Source: Massalongia carnosa
Taxonomy: Eukaryota
Assembly (NCBI GenBank): GCA_965645245.1
Contig: OZ287072.1
Location: 1,116,001-1,180,000, forward strand
DNA length: 64,000 nt
Direction: 5' to 3'
The notes under the pieces were generated by a model. It saw only the letters and a program-made list of their open reading frames with translations. It was not told the DNA's origin and did not search any database. The stretch's first letter is position 1, and each line of letters opens with the position of its first letter. Of the stretch, positions 1 through 12,145 are shown piece by piece. Made by a program: the position numbers and the translations under genes.

Positions 1-1601
1 GGGGAGGGGGGGATTGTTGGCGAGGCATGGAGAGGAGCGAGTTCGGAGTCCCCGCTGGGCGGTGCGGATGGCGGCGAGAGGAAAGGAAGGCGAAAGGGGT
101 TCGTAGAGGGGGGGGGGGGGGGGGATGGAAAGGTATGTTGTATGTTGGGAGTACGATAGCGGGTTTGGGGGTGGTGAGTGTGTGTGTGTGGTCGAGTGGG
201 AGGGGGTTGTCTTCACGGCTGGATAAACTTTGTCTGCTGGTTCAGGGAACGGCTGAAGGCTGGAGAAGATCTATTTCCGTTTGGTTGGGTGAAATGATAT
301 GATCCAAAAACAAATATATAAAAAAAAGACACGCTCGAATCGGTTCGGACGGCCATGGACCAGACACACAGAACCCGTCATGCCTCGCCTCCTCCCAAAT
401 CTCCCGAAATCCGTGCTCGAATCCTCGGCAATCTTGCCGTTCCTGAAGATCTCCTGTAAAGGTTTCCTCCAAAAAAAAAACAATTTAGCAACCGGCTCCT
501 TTGGCTGTCGTCTTACTTTGCTCGTCAGGTAAAGGTAACCAGGGCGAAGGGGGGGGGACTTCCAGCGCTCACCTCAACGGTCTTTTTGAACTCGCTGTAA
601 ACCTCATCGAGCGGGCGGTCGCAGTTGATCTGCCAGAACCGTTTAGACGCAGGCAGCCGTGGACGCTGCAGAGTTTCATATACTGACAGTTACCAGCCGC
701 TTTATGGAGCGGTAGTAGACGACGCGGATGGAGAACCCTTCGTGGCGCTTCGTTCAAGTTTCCGTGGTCTTGTCGGTTCCTCCCGATGTCTCTACCTGTA
801 GCGTAGCTCGTTCGGTCATGGTTTCCGTGGCGCAATGGAGGTATAGAATTACTATGCTTTGAATCTTCATAGGAACACACCATCAGCTTACCCCCCCCCC
901 CCTCCCCGCCTGCCAGTTCAGAATAGGGCTAGGTACCAGCACGCACTTGGCTGTCAATCAGAGTTTGCTGCGCCGAGGGTGGTGCCGCTCTCAGCAGATC
1001 GCCCACGGAGCAGTGGACGATGCCAGTCTCTTCGGAAAAATGGTTGCATAGCGTGCTCTTACCAACCCCTGGCGCTCCTGACAAGCAAATGGGCGTCAGA
1101 TGTGATTGTTAGCTGGAACAGTGACATTTGACTCACCTATAACATACACCACCTGTGCTACTACCAAATCATCAGCCAGCGCATCTGTAATCTGCAAATT
1201 TATTCTTCCAGCGAGACATGGTCTTCCTTCTATCTCGCTCAAGATGACAATCCTTGGAAAAGGAATGGAGTAAACCCCCCAGCGCAAGGACATGTGGTCG
1301 CCACTGATGAGGCACTGGCTTTTCAAGGTTAATGAAATTAATTTCACAATCACAGTACGCAGGCTTCCAAAGTCCCACGCGCATGGCCGTCGAAATATGG
1401 ACTTGTGATTTGATATCGTGCAGTCTCATGTAACCCCTTCCATTCAGAAACCAACATCCAGAATTAGCCGTGGTAGAGGCGTACGTCTTCTAAATGAAAA
1501 CTAGCTAGGTAAAAGCGTGGAAAATTTATAGAATCAATCATTTCAAATTCAACACGGTGGTCAATCGACACGACTTTGTGTAAGATGAGATCAACGCAGA
1601 T

Positions 1602-2606
1602 CGAGGTGCTTAGGGACAGTCCCCCCCCGACCGTCCCCCCCTGTGTAAATCTTTGCTAGTAAACAGCTACCGTATTAATTGACATATAAGACCCTGGTTT
1701 TATAAGGGGTGGTCCGTCAAAGGGTCAATTAGAACAGGGTTTTATAGGTAGGGGGTTTTTATAAGTGGGTGAGGTTTTATAGGGGGGCTAGATATTAGTC
1801 AGCTGGAGAGACAACGCGAAAACGCATACTAATTTAATATTTCTCCCCGATTTTCGACCTTTGGCATGCTCTTTCCATTCATTATTCATCTAAATTCGTC
1901 CTATCATCAACCAATTATATGATTATTGCTTCTTCTCATGTTCAGAATCCTGCTCAGGCTTCGATTCAGCCTCGTCCTAGGCCAACTTCGAAGCCGTCTG
2001 GTATTCGTAGCTTGAATCAAGCCCGACTTTCTAAAAACGCCTTTATTCAACCCCCTATGCCTAGTATGCCTGTAGCCTCGAATGGTAATGAGGCTCAAAT
2101 CGTCGAACAATTTCGGCTTTATCGAATGAAGGCAGATCGCGATGCATTGGGCGATAATTCTGATGAACACGATGCTTCTCGTCATCGATTATCCTACACC
2201 AGAGAGCATAAATTAGCTGCTATCAGTTATGCTCAGACTACATGGAAGACTCAAAAAGACGGAGGTTTGAAACTTATCAGAAAATACGCCGCCGCCAAAG
2301 ATCTCGGAATCACCACCGCGATGCTGAGACAATGGATCAAGAACAAATTAGACAGCGAGGGTCAATCTCGAGGCAAACGTAAAGACAGGAAGGCTATCAG
2401 TCTTTGTCAGGAACCTGAGTTGCAAGAACGTTTGCTGGGGTTGTTTACAAAAGCTCGAGACGCAGGTCGTAAAATTACTAATAATACGTAGTGTAACTGC
2501 TAGCGCACCCTGGATGAGTAGTAAAATGGCTGTTTACTAGTAAAGATTTACGCAGGGGGGGACGGTCGGGGGGACGGTCGGGGGGGGACTGTCCCTAAGC
2601 ATCTCG
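1602..2606. mobile_element. Non-autonomous TIR DNA transposon, Mutator (MULE)-like, carrying a pogo/Tc2 fragment
   Basis: Left TIR 1602-1667 (CGAGGTGCTTAGGGACAGTCCCCCCCCGACCGTCCCCCCCTGTGTAAATCTTTGCTAGTAAACAGC) matches the reverse complement of 2529-2606, with 3 transitions and one extra 12-bp unit. It is flanked by a perfect direct repeat AACGCAGAT at 1593-1601 and 2607-2615 (9-bp TSD). The superfamily is inferred from TSD length. Confidence 0.85.
1919..2491 (+). pseudogene. Truncated pogo/Tc2-family transposase (N-terminal HTH DNA-binding region only, no DDE domain)
   Basis: SYTREHKLAAISYA...AAAKDLGITTAMLRQWIKN is an HTH motif, followed by PELQERLLGLFTKARDAGRKIT, the start of a CENP-B-type HTH. 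Upstream are TA+CCGTATTAATTGACATATAAGACC at 1668 (Tc2/pogo-like end) and GGTTTTATA(A/G)G subterminal repeats at 1697-1785. Confidence 0.75.
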
Positions 2607-4158
2607 AACGCAGATCCAGGAAATCGCGCCAATCCTACGGAAGGTAATAAAGTCTTCACAATGTGAGAGACGCTCTCATCACAGATGAAGAGCTCAAATC
2701 CTTCTATAATGCTTGTAAGCACAACAGCTGCTTTATATAGGAGGGAACGACATTATGCCAGCAAGAGGCCTGCTAGGTCAGAAAACCGCTACGTGGTGCA
2801 GGCTATCAACACCTCCTCGGAGGTGGCCAATATCTGATCATCGCCAACGCGGAAGCCCACCTCGGTGGGCGTTCGAATGATCAACGTCTCTACTGATCAT
2901 CCACCACTTCGAAGGCATACAAAGCCCATTCATTCGGAATGGCCACACTTCCACACCTCCATTTTATAACGACACCATGATCTGCCCTCGATCACGGCCC
3001 GTCTTTCCTCCATTGAATCAAAACGGTTAAAAGGAGGGAACGTTCGTCGAACGTGTGGAGATACACTGTCTAGTTCATCAAGTGGGTGTATGCACCGCGT
3101 GGTAGAAGAACGTTTTCGAAACGTTCGATATGGATTTAGGGAGTGGTTTTTATCCTGAGGGTCAGGTTTCCACTTCCTGACTGTCTGTTGTTTATGTACA
3201 TAAGATAGCAGTCACAGCGTCATATCCTTAGGATGCATACGCTTGATGAATTAATAATTAAAAAATGCCAGCAAGAGAGGCGAGGTGTATGTACCATCTG
3301 ACATAATCACCAAAGTCCATTGAAAAATGTAGACAAAGCAGTCAGTTGCACGCATGATCGATAAGTACATATCTGAAGACAGTGCAACGACATACACTCG
3401 ATAAAATATTATTAGTTGAGCATCTATGTAGTTTTGCAAGATAAGGACCTAGAAGAGGTTGAGAGCAATATGGGATAAAGGGGGGATCCCCTATCCTCTC
3501 TGCCTGCTTCCTGCTTCTCATCTCTCTCTCGCCTATCTACTACTGTACCTACTGTACCCCACAAAACCTACGCTCCGCCCAGCGCCCCAGAAAACGACAA
3601 ATCCCCCCTTCCCTCCAATTTCGTTAAGAAAATAAATAAATTAAATACACACCCCTCCATTGAGGAATCTAAATGAGCCTAGACGGACTTTCCGGTAAGG
3701 AATAAAAGGTCTCGATTGCAGTTCCGGAGTAGTATTGTACAGTTTATAACAATACAAGGTAAGCGATATGTAATGTACAGGGTGCTATGGTACAGTGGGG
3801 GTCACCGTCAGACATGTAACTGGTAGAAAAAACGAATGAAAGGAAAAGGGGAGTATATATATACACACAATAATACCCTAGTGACGCCGGGGCCAGAGCC
3901 ACCAGCCTGCCACGGCCCCAAACCCACCCGGAGCCCTCGAAGCCCCCGAAGCCAGCCGACCAGAAAACAAAAAGCCTAGGCCGTCCGTTCTCTACAGGTC
4001 AGCACAATCCGAATCCAAACGCCACGGGCTAGCAACGCGAAGGTTGTGCTGGGGCGGAAAGAAGGATTAGCATCCTTCAAGCCTGTGTCCTACGTTTCCC
4101 TTGCTTCTTTGCTCTTCCTCGTCCACATCCCCGACACGTGCTCCCCCTTCCTCAAACC

Positions 4159-5598
4159 TTACACCTCCAACCCCATCTTCCCAACAAACGCCTTCCATTC
4201 GCCAACCGTCCACCTTTTCTGCACATCCTTCTCCAACGCCCCTTTGATAACCCTCTCGACCATCCTCCCCTTCATAACTCGACTAGCGCAGTCTCCGCCC
4301 CGCGCAAAGTCCAACGGTCGCCCCTCCTTTGCCATTCCCAGCTTCTGCACTTCCATGCGCGCGACCGCGTAGGGAGATTCACCGATGGCAGCCATCAGCA
4401 GCGTGGTTGCTAAGGCGAAGACGTCCGAAGGCGGGGTGGCGATCGCGTTGGTGGGGATACCTCGATGATATAAGGAGATTAGGAGTTCCGGGGATGCATA
4501 GTCGGTTGTCACGGCGCTGATTGACTCGACCTCTTCCTGTTCTTCGGATGCTTCCGGGTTCGGGGGCGACGATGGTGGATTTGAAGCAAAGGAGGATTGG
4601 GAAGCAATTCGAGAGGATGAGAAGTCGCAGTATAGGGGAGCAAGGGTTCCGGACGAGGATAGGCGGAGGAGGACGTTGGCGGGTTTGATGTCGCCATGAA
4701 CACAACGTGCTGCATGGAGAAACGCAAGGCCATCGATCAAACCGATGGCCAGGCGCGTCCACTCGGTGGCACCGACGACAGGGTCAAACATGGTCTTGGT
4801 GGAGAGATTCTTGAGCGCAGCCTTGCCGGCTGCTTTGGCGTGGGATTCCAGGTTCAGAGGGATGGCGTCGAGAACGAGGCTGTTCCGAAGCCCATCGTAG
4901 CCATGGAAAGGGACCAGAAAGTTTCGCGCTCGAGGGAATGAATGGAGATAGGTGAGGATGCAAGCTTCCTTTTCCAGGGGTTTGTGGGCGTCGCGGCGCG
5001 AAGGTGCTTTGACTGCCAACATGCCATTGATGCTACCTTGGACAGGGCTCGAGGGAGGGGATGTTGGCGGAGTGAGGGGCGCCATTGAAGATGGCCTCTC
5101 GACGGTTTCGTACGCGCGATACACAATACTCCAGACCCCTCGGCCGTATTCTTCGTACCCGTTCGCGGCAGACCCCAAGAGACGGTATCCTCGTGCATAT
5201 GGGCGCGGCACCGTGTTTTTCCACTCCAGCTTCTGCACTTGGTTTTCACTCACTCCACATTCTAGCGTCCGAATTTCCTCGTCTAAAAGCTCCGAATTGA
5301 CTCCGAGCTCGTCTTGAGGCATTTTCGGCAAACGCAAGTCATCGGCACATGGGCCCGCCGTGTTATGCCCTGCTTTCAGCGGCGTCAAGGGAGGCGAGAG
5401 TGCTGGGTTGGAGTCGAGCATGGCGAGCGCTGCAGGAGGTGAGCTGGAGAAGCTGAGGAGCTGAGGTCTTTTGCTCCGAGCCATAGGTGGCAGGACTTGA
5501 GATGGTTGACGCATGTCCACGACATGGTCGTGACTCTGAAGATCGATGGACGACGTGGCAGCTCTTGTCAAAGGCGAAGCTGGAGTCGGGGGGTCCAT
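4159..5598 (-). CDS. Fungal Ser/Thr protein kinase-like protein, single exon
   Basis: 479 aa ORF with YGRGVWSIVY loop, LAVK lysine, HGDIKPANVLL catalytic loop, DFS in place of DFG, YASPE and SDVFAL. Confidence 0.9.
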   Translation of the reverse strand: MDPPTPASPLTRAATSSIDLQSHDHVVDMRQPSQVLPPMARSKRPQLLSFSSSPPAALAMLDSNPALSPPLTPLKAGHNTAGPCADDLRLPKMPQDELGVNSELLDEEIRTLECGVSENQVQKLEWKNTVPRPYARGYRLLGSAANGYEEYGRGVWSIVYRAYETVERPSSMAPLTPPTSPPSSPVQGSINGMLAVKAPSRRDAHKPLEKEACILTYLHSFPRARNFLVPFHGYDGLRNSLVLDAIPLNLESHAKAAGKAALKNLSTKTMFDPVVGATEWTRLAIGLIDGLAFLHAARCVHGDIKPANVLLRLSSSGTLAPLYCDFSSSRIASQSSFASNPPSSPPNPEASEEQEEVESISAVTTDYASPELLISLYHRGIPTNAIATPPSDVFALATTLLMAAIGESPYAVARMEVQKLGMAKEGRPLDFARGGDCASRVMKGRMVERVIKGALEKDVQKRWTVGEWKAFVGKMGLEV

Positions 5599-5888
5599 TA
5601 TAAGGTGATTAATAATGCTGTGAACGGCTGAAAGTTGCGGACGAAGGAGCGAGTGCAGACGTCAGCAGGTGGGGGATAGGTTGGGGGGGATTGATCTGAT
5701 AGCTAGAGCTATTGGTTCGAGCGTCGGCGGTTGGCAGTGTTGGGAACAAGAAACGTGGAACAATGCAGGATGATGAGTGGGCCATGATGGGGTGAGGGTC
5801 TTTATCCGTTCAGTTCAGTTCTTTGATTATTTTCGTTCACCGGAACACCGGCAAGAGAGCAGAGAAGGGAACAGGGCAAGTGCATTCA

Positions 5889-5921
5889 GTTTGATTCGGT
5901 TTGATTCGGTTTGATTCGGTT
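5889..5921. repeat. Tandem 10-mer (TTTGATTCGG)x3 upstream of the kinase gene
   Basis: Read directly from the sequence. Confidence 0.8.
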
Positions 5922-7603
5922 GAATTGGTTGATTCAGAGTCAGAGTCAGATCATGCCCGTTTGAATCCCCAACGTTCGTCATTTTCCGCCTTCCCTTGTC
6001 CCCCCCTGCGGTGCAAAGGTACCGAAGTACTATGTTAGATTTCTGGGCAACCATGATGCCGAATGCGGCTAAGTCTTTACCGGAATGGGTAAACGACCAG
6101 CTGCGAATGGTCACTGGACACCCCGATCCGGGGTTAACTAGTCCCTTAGGGTGTGGAACAAAGATATCCATGCACGGGACACATGCATGACTGGATGCTC
6201 CCGAAGTTGGTTAACGTCATTTTGGACCTCTGGCTACAGGCTACTACTTCCTAAGGCACAAATCTTGAGAAAACTTCAGATTGATTCATATGCGTTTCCT
6301 GTAATGATACCTATTATTACTCGAATTTATTGGTCTCCTTCATCCCACAGAGTAATCAAAGCAAATCTCCAAGCGAAAAACAAAAACATGCAAAGTAACG
6401 AGGGCGGAAGGCTGCGTTACTTAAGGATCGATGACGCTACGATCCGCCTCCCCGCCAAGTTTCTTCCTCGGCGCAGGAAAAAGGAAACCCCCCCCCTAAA
6501 AAAAAATATAAAAAACGAGAATTTAAATAAAAAAAAAAACGGTTCGGATTTCATGGTCCCCAATTGGCTGATGAGTTTTAACTTTTTCGTCACACTTCTC
6601 TCCATCGTCCCGAAAAAGGATTAGCGGATTCATGGCGGTTTCTCTTGCTGAATTAATGTCAAGGGAACGAGTGAAGCCAAAAAGGTTACTCGGTCGGCGG
6701 AAGTGTAACTTATGGCTTCCCCCCTTGCACCCGCTCATTCACCACACTTGGAACCCCAAGGTCTGTTATGGCGGAAAAACTCTTCATTCTCGGTGCGAGG
6801 TTGTAGCCTTTGGCTGTGCCACTGGCTGGCAAGTCAATAAATATCGCGTTTTCGTTCACGACCCGAACCCTTTTCTTGCCCCTAAGCGTGGCTTGGCCCG
6901 TTACGAGGTGTGGCGTGGGAGAGTTATTGGACGGCGGGCCTTCTTGCGGTGGAGAAACTACTAACGTACTTCAGGTCCCCAAACGAGAGAGGTGACTGGG
7001 GCCGGGAAGCCTGTTGCTGTTGCAATAACCATTGCGCTGGATATCTGTGTAGAGGGGTTCCTCGCAAGAAGAAAACATAAAGTGTAATTAATGCGTGGCC
7101 TAGACGGTTTAAGCATGCAGATAGCTACACGATTGCAGCAACGGGTGCAAGCTTTCCGCGCCTCCGCTGGAAGTGCAAAAAGCTAACCACAATCTTGCCT
7201 CCCTCCCCTTTCCTTCAGCTGGTATTCCCATATTTTGAAGCAATCCAAAGTCCAACAAACACTCACCACTACCTTCCTAAGATTCTGTGGGTCATCCTCA
7301 TTTCGATTCCGTCACCCTCTCAAGGGAAACAAAAGGGAAAAAAAGCTCATCAAAGGTAGCCATAGCATGAAGCTATATCGCAACCCTAGGCTCCGCGAAT
7401 GAACCAGAAATCAGTGAAAAATCTTCTCATGCCGACGTCTGACGGGTATCTCAAATGCATCCGCAACAGCATTTCATGTGCATCATCAACTCATTAAATC
7501 ATAGATAGCCGCCCCCCCCCCTTTCTTTCGCTCATTTACTCAGGAAAATTGTAAAAATAATGCAGAGGTTTCGAAGAAGTAGTCATCGCCTGGCCGAAGT
7601 CAT

Positions 7604-9901
7604 TCAGTGAGTGGGAAGCGCCGTGGCTTTCTCCTCGCCAGTGGCCACAGCCACGAGAACTTCTAACCCGCTCATGCTATTGTTCTTGGAGGAGCTATGC
7701 TGAGAGGCAGCCATCACGCCGGGTTCAGATGGTATGGGATAAGGTGGCGGTCGGGCATGTCCCGTATTGTAGATCTTGTAAGCCAAGTTAGCATTGCGGG
7801 TACACCAGGACAATGTCAAGGAACGTACGTGAGGTGTAGGTACGCCAAGGTTGTTTGGCTCAATAACACCATTACTATGTACTATTGAAGGATGATATTC
7901 GCCAGAGGCAAATGAGGGTGTGGGAACGCCATCACTACTACTCGAGTCTTCGGGCGAAGTTCTCTGCTGAAGAGTGGTTCGATGGGTGTTTGCCAAAGGT
8001 CCATTGTACCAGCCATGTCGCTTTTTCTTGTTTGACGTAATAGGCTGCAAGTAAGTGTTTTCTACCGGTCGATTATGCGCCTCTTGGTGAATGATGATAG
8101 GCGCTGGTTGAAGGACTTGAGGCGCCTGCGACGATTGAGGGACCGAAGGGGCTAAAGAGGGTTGATATACCTGGGGTTCGGGAGGTCTTGCAACAGCCTC
8201 ATGCATTTCGGCTAATGTCTGTTGACTCCACAATCCAGCGTCTTTCTGCGGAGTACCGTTGGCAATGTGGAGTTTTGTCAGGTTGTGGTGCAACGATTTA
8301 TCCCACGAAGCGTGTCCCCTTCTATCGTTAGGTCCAGTGGTAGTCTGTTCAGAAGGTCCCGAGTATATCGGCGGTCGACCGGGCGAATCGACCTGCATAG
8401 GACTCGGCCCCCGGTGTGGAGGCGTTGTAGGGCGATGGGTGATCTGATCAAATGTCTCGATGCCTGGTAGTCTGTGCAACTGGCTTACAGCAGCAATGGC
8501 CTGGGGTGCGAAAGCGGGTCGGGGAGCATCAGCGTTTTGATAGTAGCTTAGACCGCTGGTTGCTGGCCGAGTATAGTTGGTATATGTACTGGGATGCCAC
8601 GTTCGTCTCCTCCATTCGGCTTCTGCGGCCAACGTAGAGTCTCGTCGTGAGAATGAATAAGTGGATGTAGTAGGACTACCATAAACGCTACTATTGTTGG
8701 AGAGATGAGATGAGTTGGAGGGAGCAAGGGGGCTAAGATATGGTGGAGGGTAGCTGTTCCCATGCGGCGATTGGAAGGGATTTGGTCCAGATGGCACGGA
8801 AAGTCGGCGTCCGTGGGTGCTGTTTCCCCAAAGCCCAAGGTTTCGGGGCACATTTGACAATGGGGATCCTAACGACGACCCGTATCCGGGACTGTTCGGA
8901 CCGTTGGAGAACGTGGTTGATGTCGGTGTGCTGACACCATCTGAAGAGTCTCGAGAATTCCCGTACTGAGCCGGTGGAGTCGAAGCTTGAGCTCTCATCG
9001 TATCCAATGTCAGTCGAGACCGCGAACTCGGGTCACTGGCCATCATGAGAGGTTGCGGCCGACGTCGGCTGTCGTCCCTGCTCACAGTAGAGCTGGTGGA
9101 TCCAATGCTGGAAGCGGATAGATTCCGGCTGTGGCCTCTGCCGTGGCTTCCTTGGCTACTGGCTGTGGAGGCACGCGATCGACCAGTGGGCGTTCTGACC
9201 CGGTCAGTACGAATCTGTCGCTGAAACCGGGTACCCGTCGCTGCAAGAGAGTCCCCTGGTATCTCTTCATTGACATGTACTGTCTGCGCGTGTTGACGCA
9301 AATTATCCAGGCGAGAGAATCTCCGAGAGCAGTGACACTGAAACGGTCGTTCCCCCGTATGTTTCCTGATAATGTCAATATATACTAGGAGATTCATTGT
9401 GTGCCAGGCGGCCTACCTAATGTGTCGCGCCAGATGCTCACTCCTCGTGAAGCTTAGATTGCATGGTGGGAAATCGGTGCAGAAAAACCGCTGACCTTTT
9501 TTCTTTTTGGATGGCCTTCCGGTCTCGCCGTCGATGCTTTCGCCTTCTGAATTCCCTTCTCCATCATCCGAGTCGTCCATCTCTACGTCCTGTGACTCGG
9601 TTGACTGCGCGGATTGATGGGAATTTCCTCGGGTCAGAATCCCGGCTTCGGCTTTCTTTGTGGATGACTGGGATGACTGCTGCGACGAGAACGAATTGCT
9701 AAATGGCGAGCTAGGCAACGGCCTTTGTCCCTCAATTCCCACGAAAGTGAGCATTGTAGGTGTTGCGGGCGCCGAGTCTTCGTTTGCTGGAGCTGGGTTC
9801 GGCCGGGAGGGTGCGATGCTTGGAGCTCGGGGAGTTGTTGGCGTTGTCGCATCGTAATCCTTCGGACCCAGCCCTATATTCACCGACTGAAACGTCGTCA
9901 T
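7604..9901 (-). CDS. C2H2 zinc-finger transcription factor, Usv1/Rgm1 (Nsf1)-like
   Basis: [54 protein letters not shown], joined across GT-AG intron 9366-9416. Probable second intron 7775-7828. ATG at 9901. Confidence 0.9.
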
Positions 9902-10833
9902 TCTGAACACCTAGTCCAAAAGCACCGCCGACGCTTGAAGGTTAGATGTATCAACGTCGTCAAAATATGATTAGACGCTTCGTGAATCTTGTGTGAGTAC
10001 GCATCAGGTCACCGATCTGTCAGTCCACGTGTTGGACACTGCTCCAAACGTACCCGTCCGGGAGTTCTGACTTGAGCTGATGTTGGAGCGTAAGTCCCAG
10101 ACCTCCAGCTGCGCCCTTGTATATAACAGCTACCCCGAACAGAGCGTCTAGCTGGACTGTAGGCACGTTTGTCTAATCTGTGAGGTCTCGAACTTGGGTT
10201 GGTGGCGGGGGTCTTAGACCGATAAGCAACCAGAGAGGACGCAAAGCCGGTTTCAGAAAAGCCTGATGCGCCGCCACATGCTCGGAGGTTCAACTGCGGG
10301 CAGGAAATCGATAATTCTGAAGAGGACAGACTCGGGGAATCATGGCTTGTAGATGACACTCGATACGGCAAGGTGAGATAGAGAGGATAATTAATGGGAT
10401 GAGCCACGGTGGGGTGTGCATGGAGGATCTTTGAGCAGAGGGAATACTAGACCAAGGGGTAAAAATACCTTAGGTACCTTACGGGCATGTACACTGTATC
10501 TACTAGCGGGGTGTGGGGGGTATCTTAGGTTGGGCGATTGATTGGGTTCGAGGGTGGGAAGTGACCCGGAGGTGGTTTGGTTGTTTAGGGTTGGGGGAAT
10601 ATTAGGTGAGATCCTATCCAGCTAAACTGCCTCGTCTGCACTCTTACTTAGGCGATATAGGATTGAAGACCCTGCTTATTCATGAACTTTCTCGATAGGT
10701 AGGTACCTCGATAGAGACCTACTTTCGGTGCTCCCAATGTTGCGGCTCTTGAAGGGTTTCCGCATCACCTAATCCTGGGATTTTCAAGGATCCTTAGACA
10801 ACGGAGAAGGAACGAAAGACTAGGGCTTTGATT

Positions 10834-10865
10834 CGATCACGATCACGATCACGATCACGATCACG
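10834..10865. repeat. (GATCAC)n hexanucleotide microsatellite
   Basis: About five tandem units read directly. Confidence 0.85.
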
Positions 10866-11568
10866 CTTCTCTCTCCTTTCCCCTTTTCACGTGCCCTGGC
10901 GGCAGGTACTTCATAAGGTCTTACCTTACTCGGAGATCATTGCGATGTTGTTGCGCTCGTATCAACCAGACGTAACGAGGAACCATCTCGTTGGTATTTC
11001 GCATCTAACAAACCTTCAAATCTAAGACGAAATCGGACTTGACAACGGGAGGGATTGCCTGCCTACTGTCAGGCAGGAGGCTGGCGTGGTCGCGTGCGGG
11101 ATGATCATCCCACTTGTCATGCAGACATGGCCACTAAAAAGATGGGCTGAAAGACAGAACAGAAGGAGGGAGCCAGAGGAATAGGCTGCATTTCTGCGAC
11201 ACGCAACACGCAAGACCTACTCCTGCAGCATGACCGACCAAGGCTGTGGGCAACGCCGCGGCAATACAGCTCCTGGATTAACGGACACAGGAAGGCTACA
11301 GGTTGGCACGCATCGCGGACGCATGAAGCAAACTAAAGTTAGCTGGAGAAGCCGGTCGTATCTGCAAGGGCGGCTGCTGGAAGTATGTAAGGTACCTTTT
11401 TCTTTCTCGTCTCTTATTCTCTCTTTTTCGTTCTCTCTCGTTACTCGTCCGAAGGAGTGTTTCCGAGCGAGACCGGGGGTGAATTGCTGATCCATCCAAA
11501 TCCTGCCCAATCTTCGGCCACAAGAGCAGTAATCCATCCATTCAAGCAGCCAGTGCATCGACTGGTGA

Positions 11569-11625
11569 ATCATCATCATCATTATCATCATCTTCATCAT
11601 CGTCATCATCATCGTCATCATCGTC

Positions 11626-11657
<32 letters not shown>

Positions 11658-11659
11658 CA
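11569..11659. repeat. Imperfect (CAT)n/(ATG)n microsatellite, about 30 units
   Basis: Read directly; it explains the spurious poly-His and poly-Met ORFs. Confidence 0.95.
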
Positions 11660-12145
11660 GTAGTATGATTTTATCCATCAGCGTCTTTCGTAGGAACACA
11701 CCGACACTTTGAACGGGCCTTGCCCCGCTTTCCAGCCCCTCAGTCAATCCAATCGATAAGCCTTGGCGATATCGATTAGGGACATGCACTAAAGCTTCTA
11801 GGGCTTGTTACTTAGGTGTTTAGGGCTGTCGTGGCCCATGGGATTGAGGAATCGTCATTGATCTAAACATCTCCCATTGGGGCAAATAGCGTAGATAGGG
11901 CAAACAACTACTCTGTAGGGCCACAGCTTACCCCAAACACACTATGATCTAAACATCAATCCGAGAGTGAAAGACCCATTGTTACCAAAAATGGAGAAGC
12001 TCACCTCCTCTGAGCACACATACAGAGTAGCCTTTCCCCATCTCATCAAGCGAAGTCAAGCCACCGACTCATCTGCAATCATGGACCATGCCGAGCCGTC
12101 CTCTGAATCGTCAGATCCAAACACCAGCACGGAATTATCATCCAT

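Noticed and set aside
1..302. 91-aa + strand ORF, and a possible minus-strand ATG at 28 (MPRQQSPPS) running off the window
   Set aside because: Low-complexity G-rich sequence with no recognisable domain; too little sequence to support a gene call.
6566..6625. CTGATGAG...GAAA, a hammerhead-like core
   Set aside because: The required stems and spacing are absent.
6958..6975. Perfect TACTAAC...CAG on the + strand
   Set aside because: No matching donor, coding frame or snoRNA boxes were found.
11217..11789. Poly-Met and poly-His ORFs
   Set aside because: They are by-products of the (CAT)n microsatellite.
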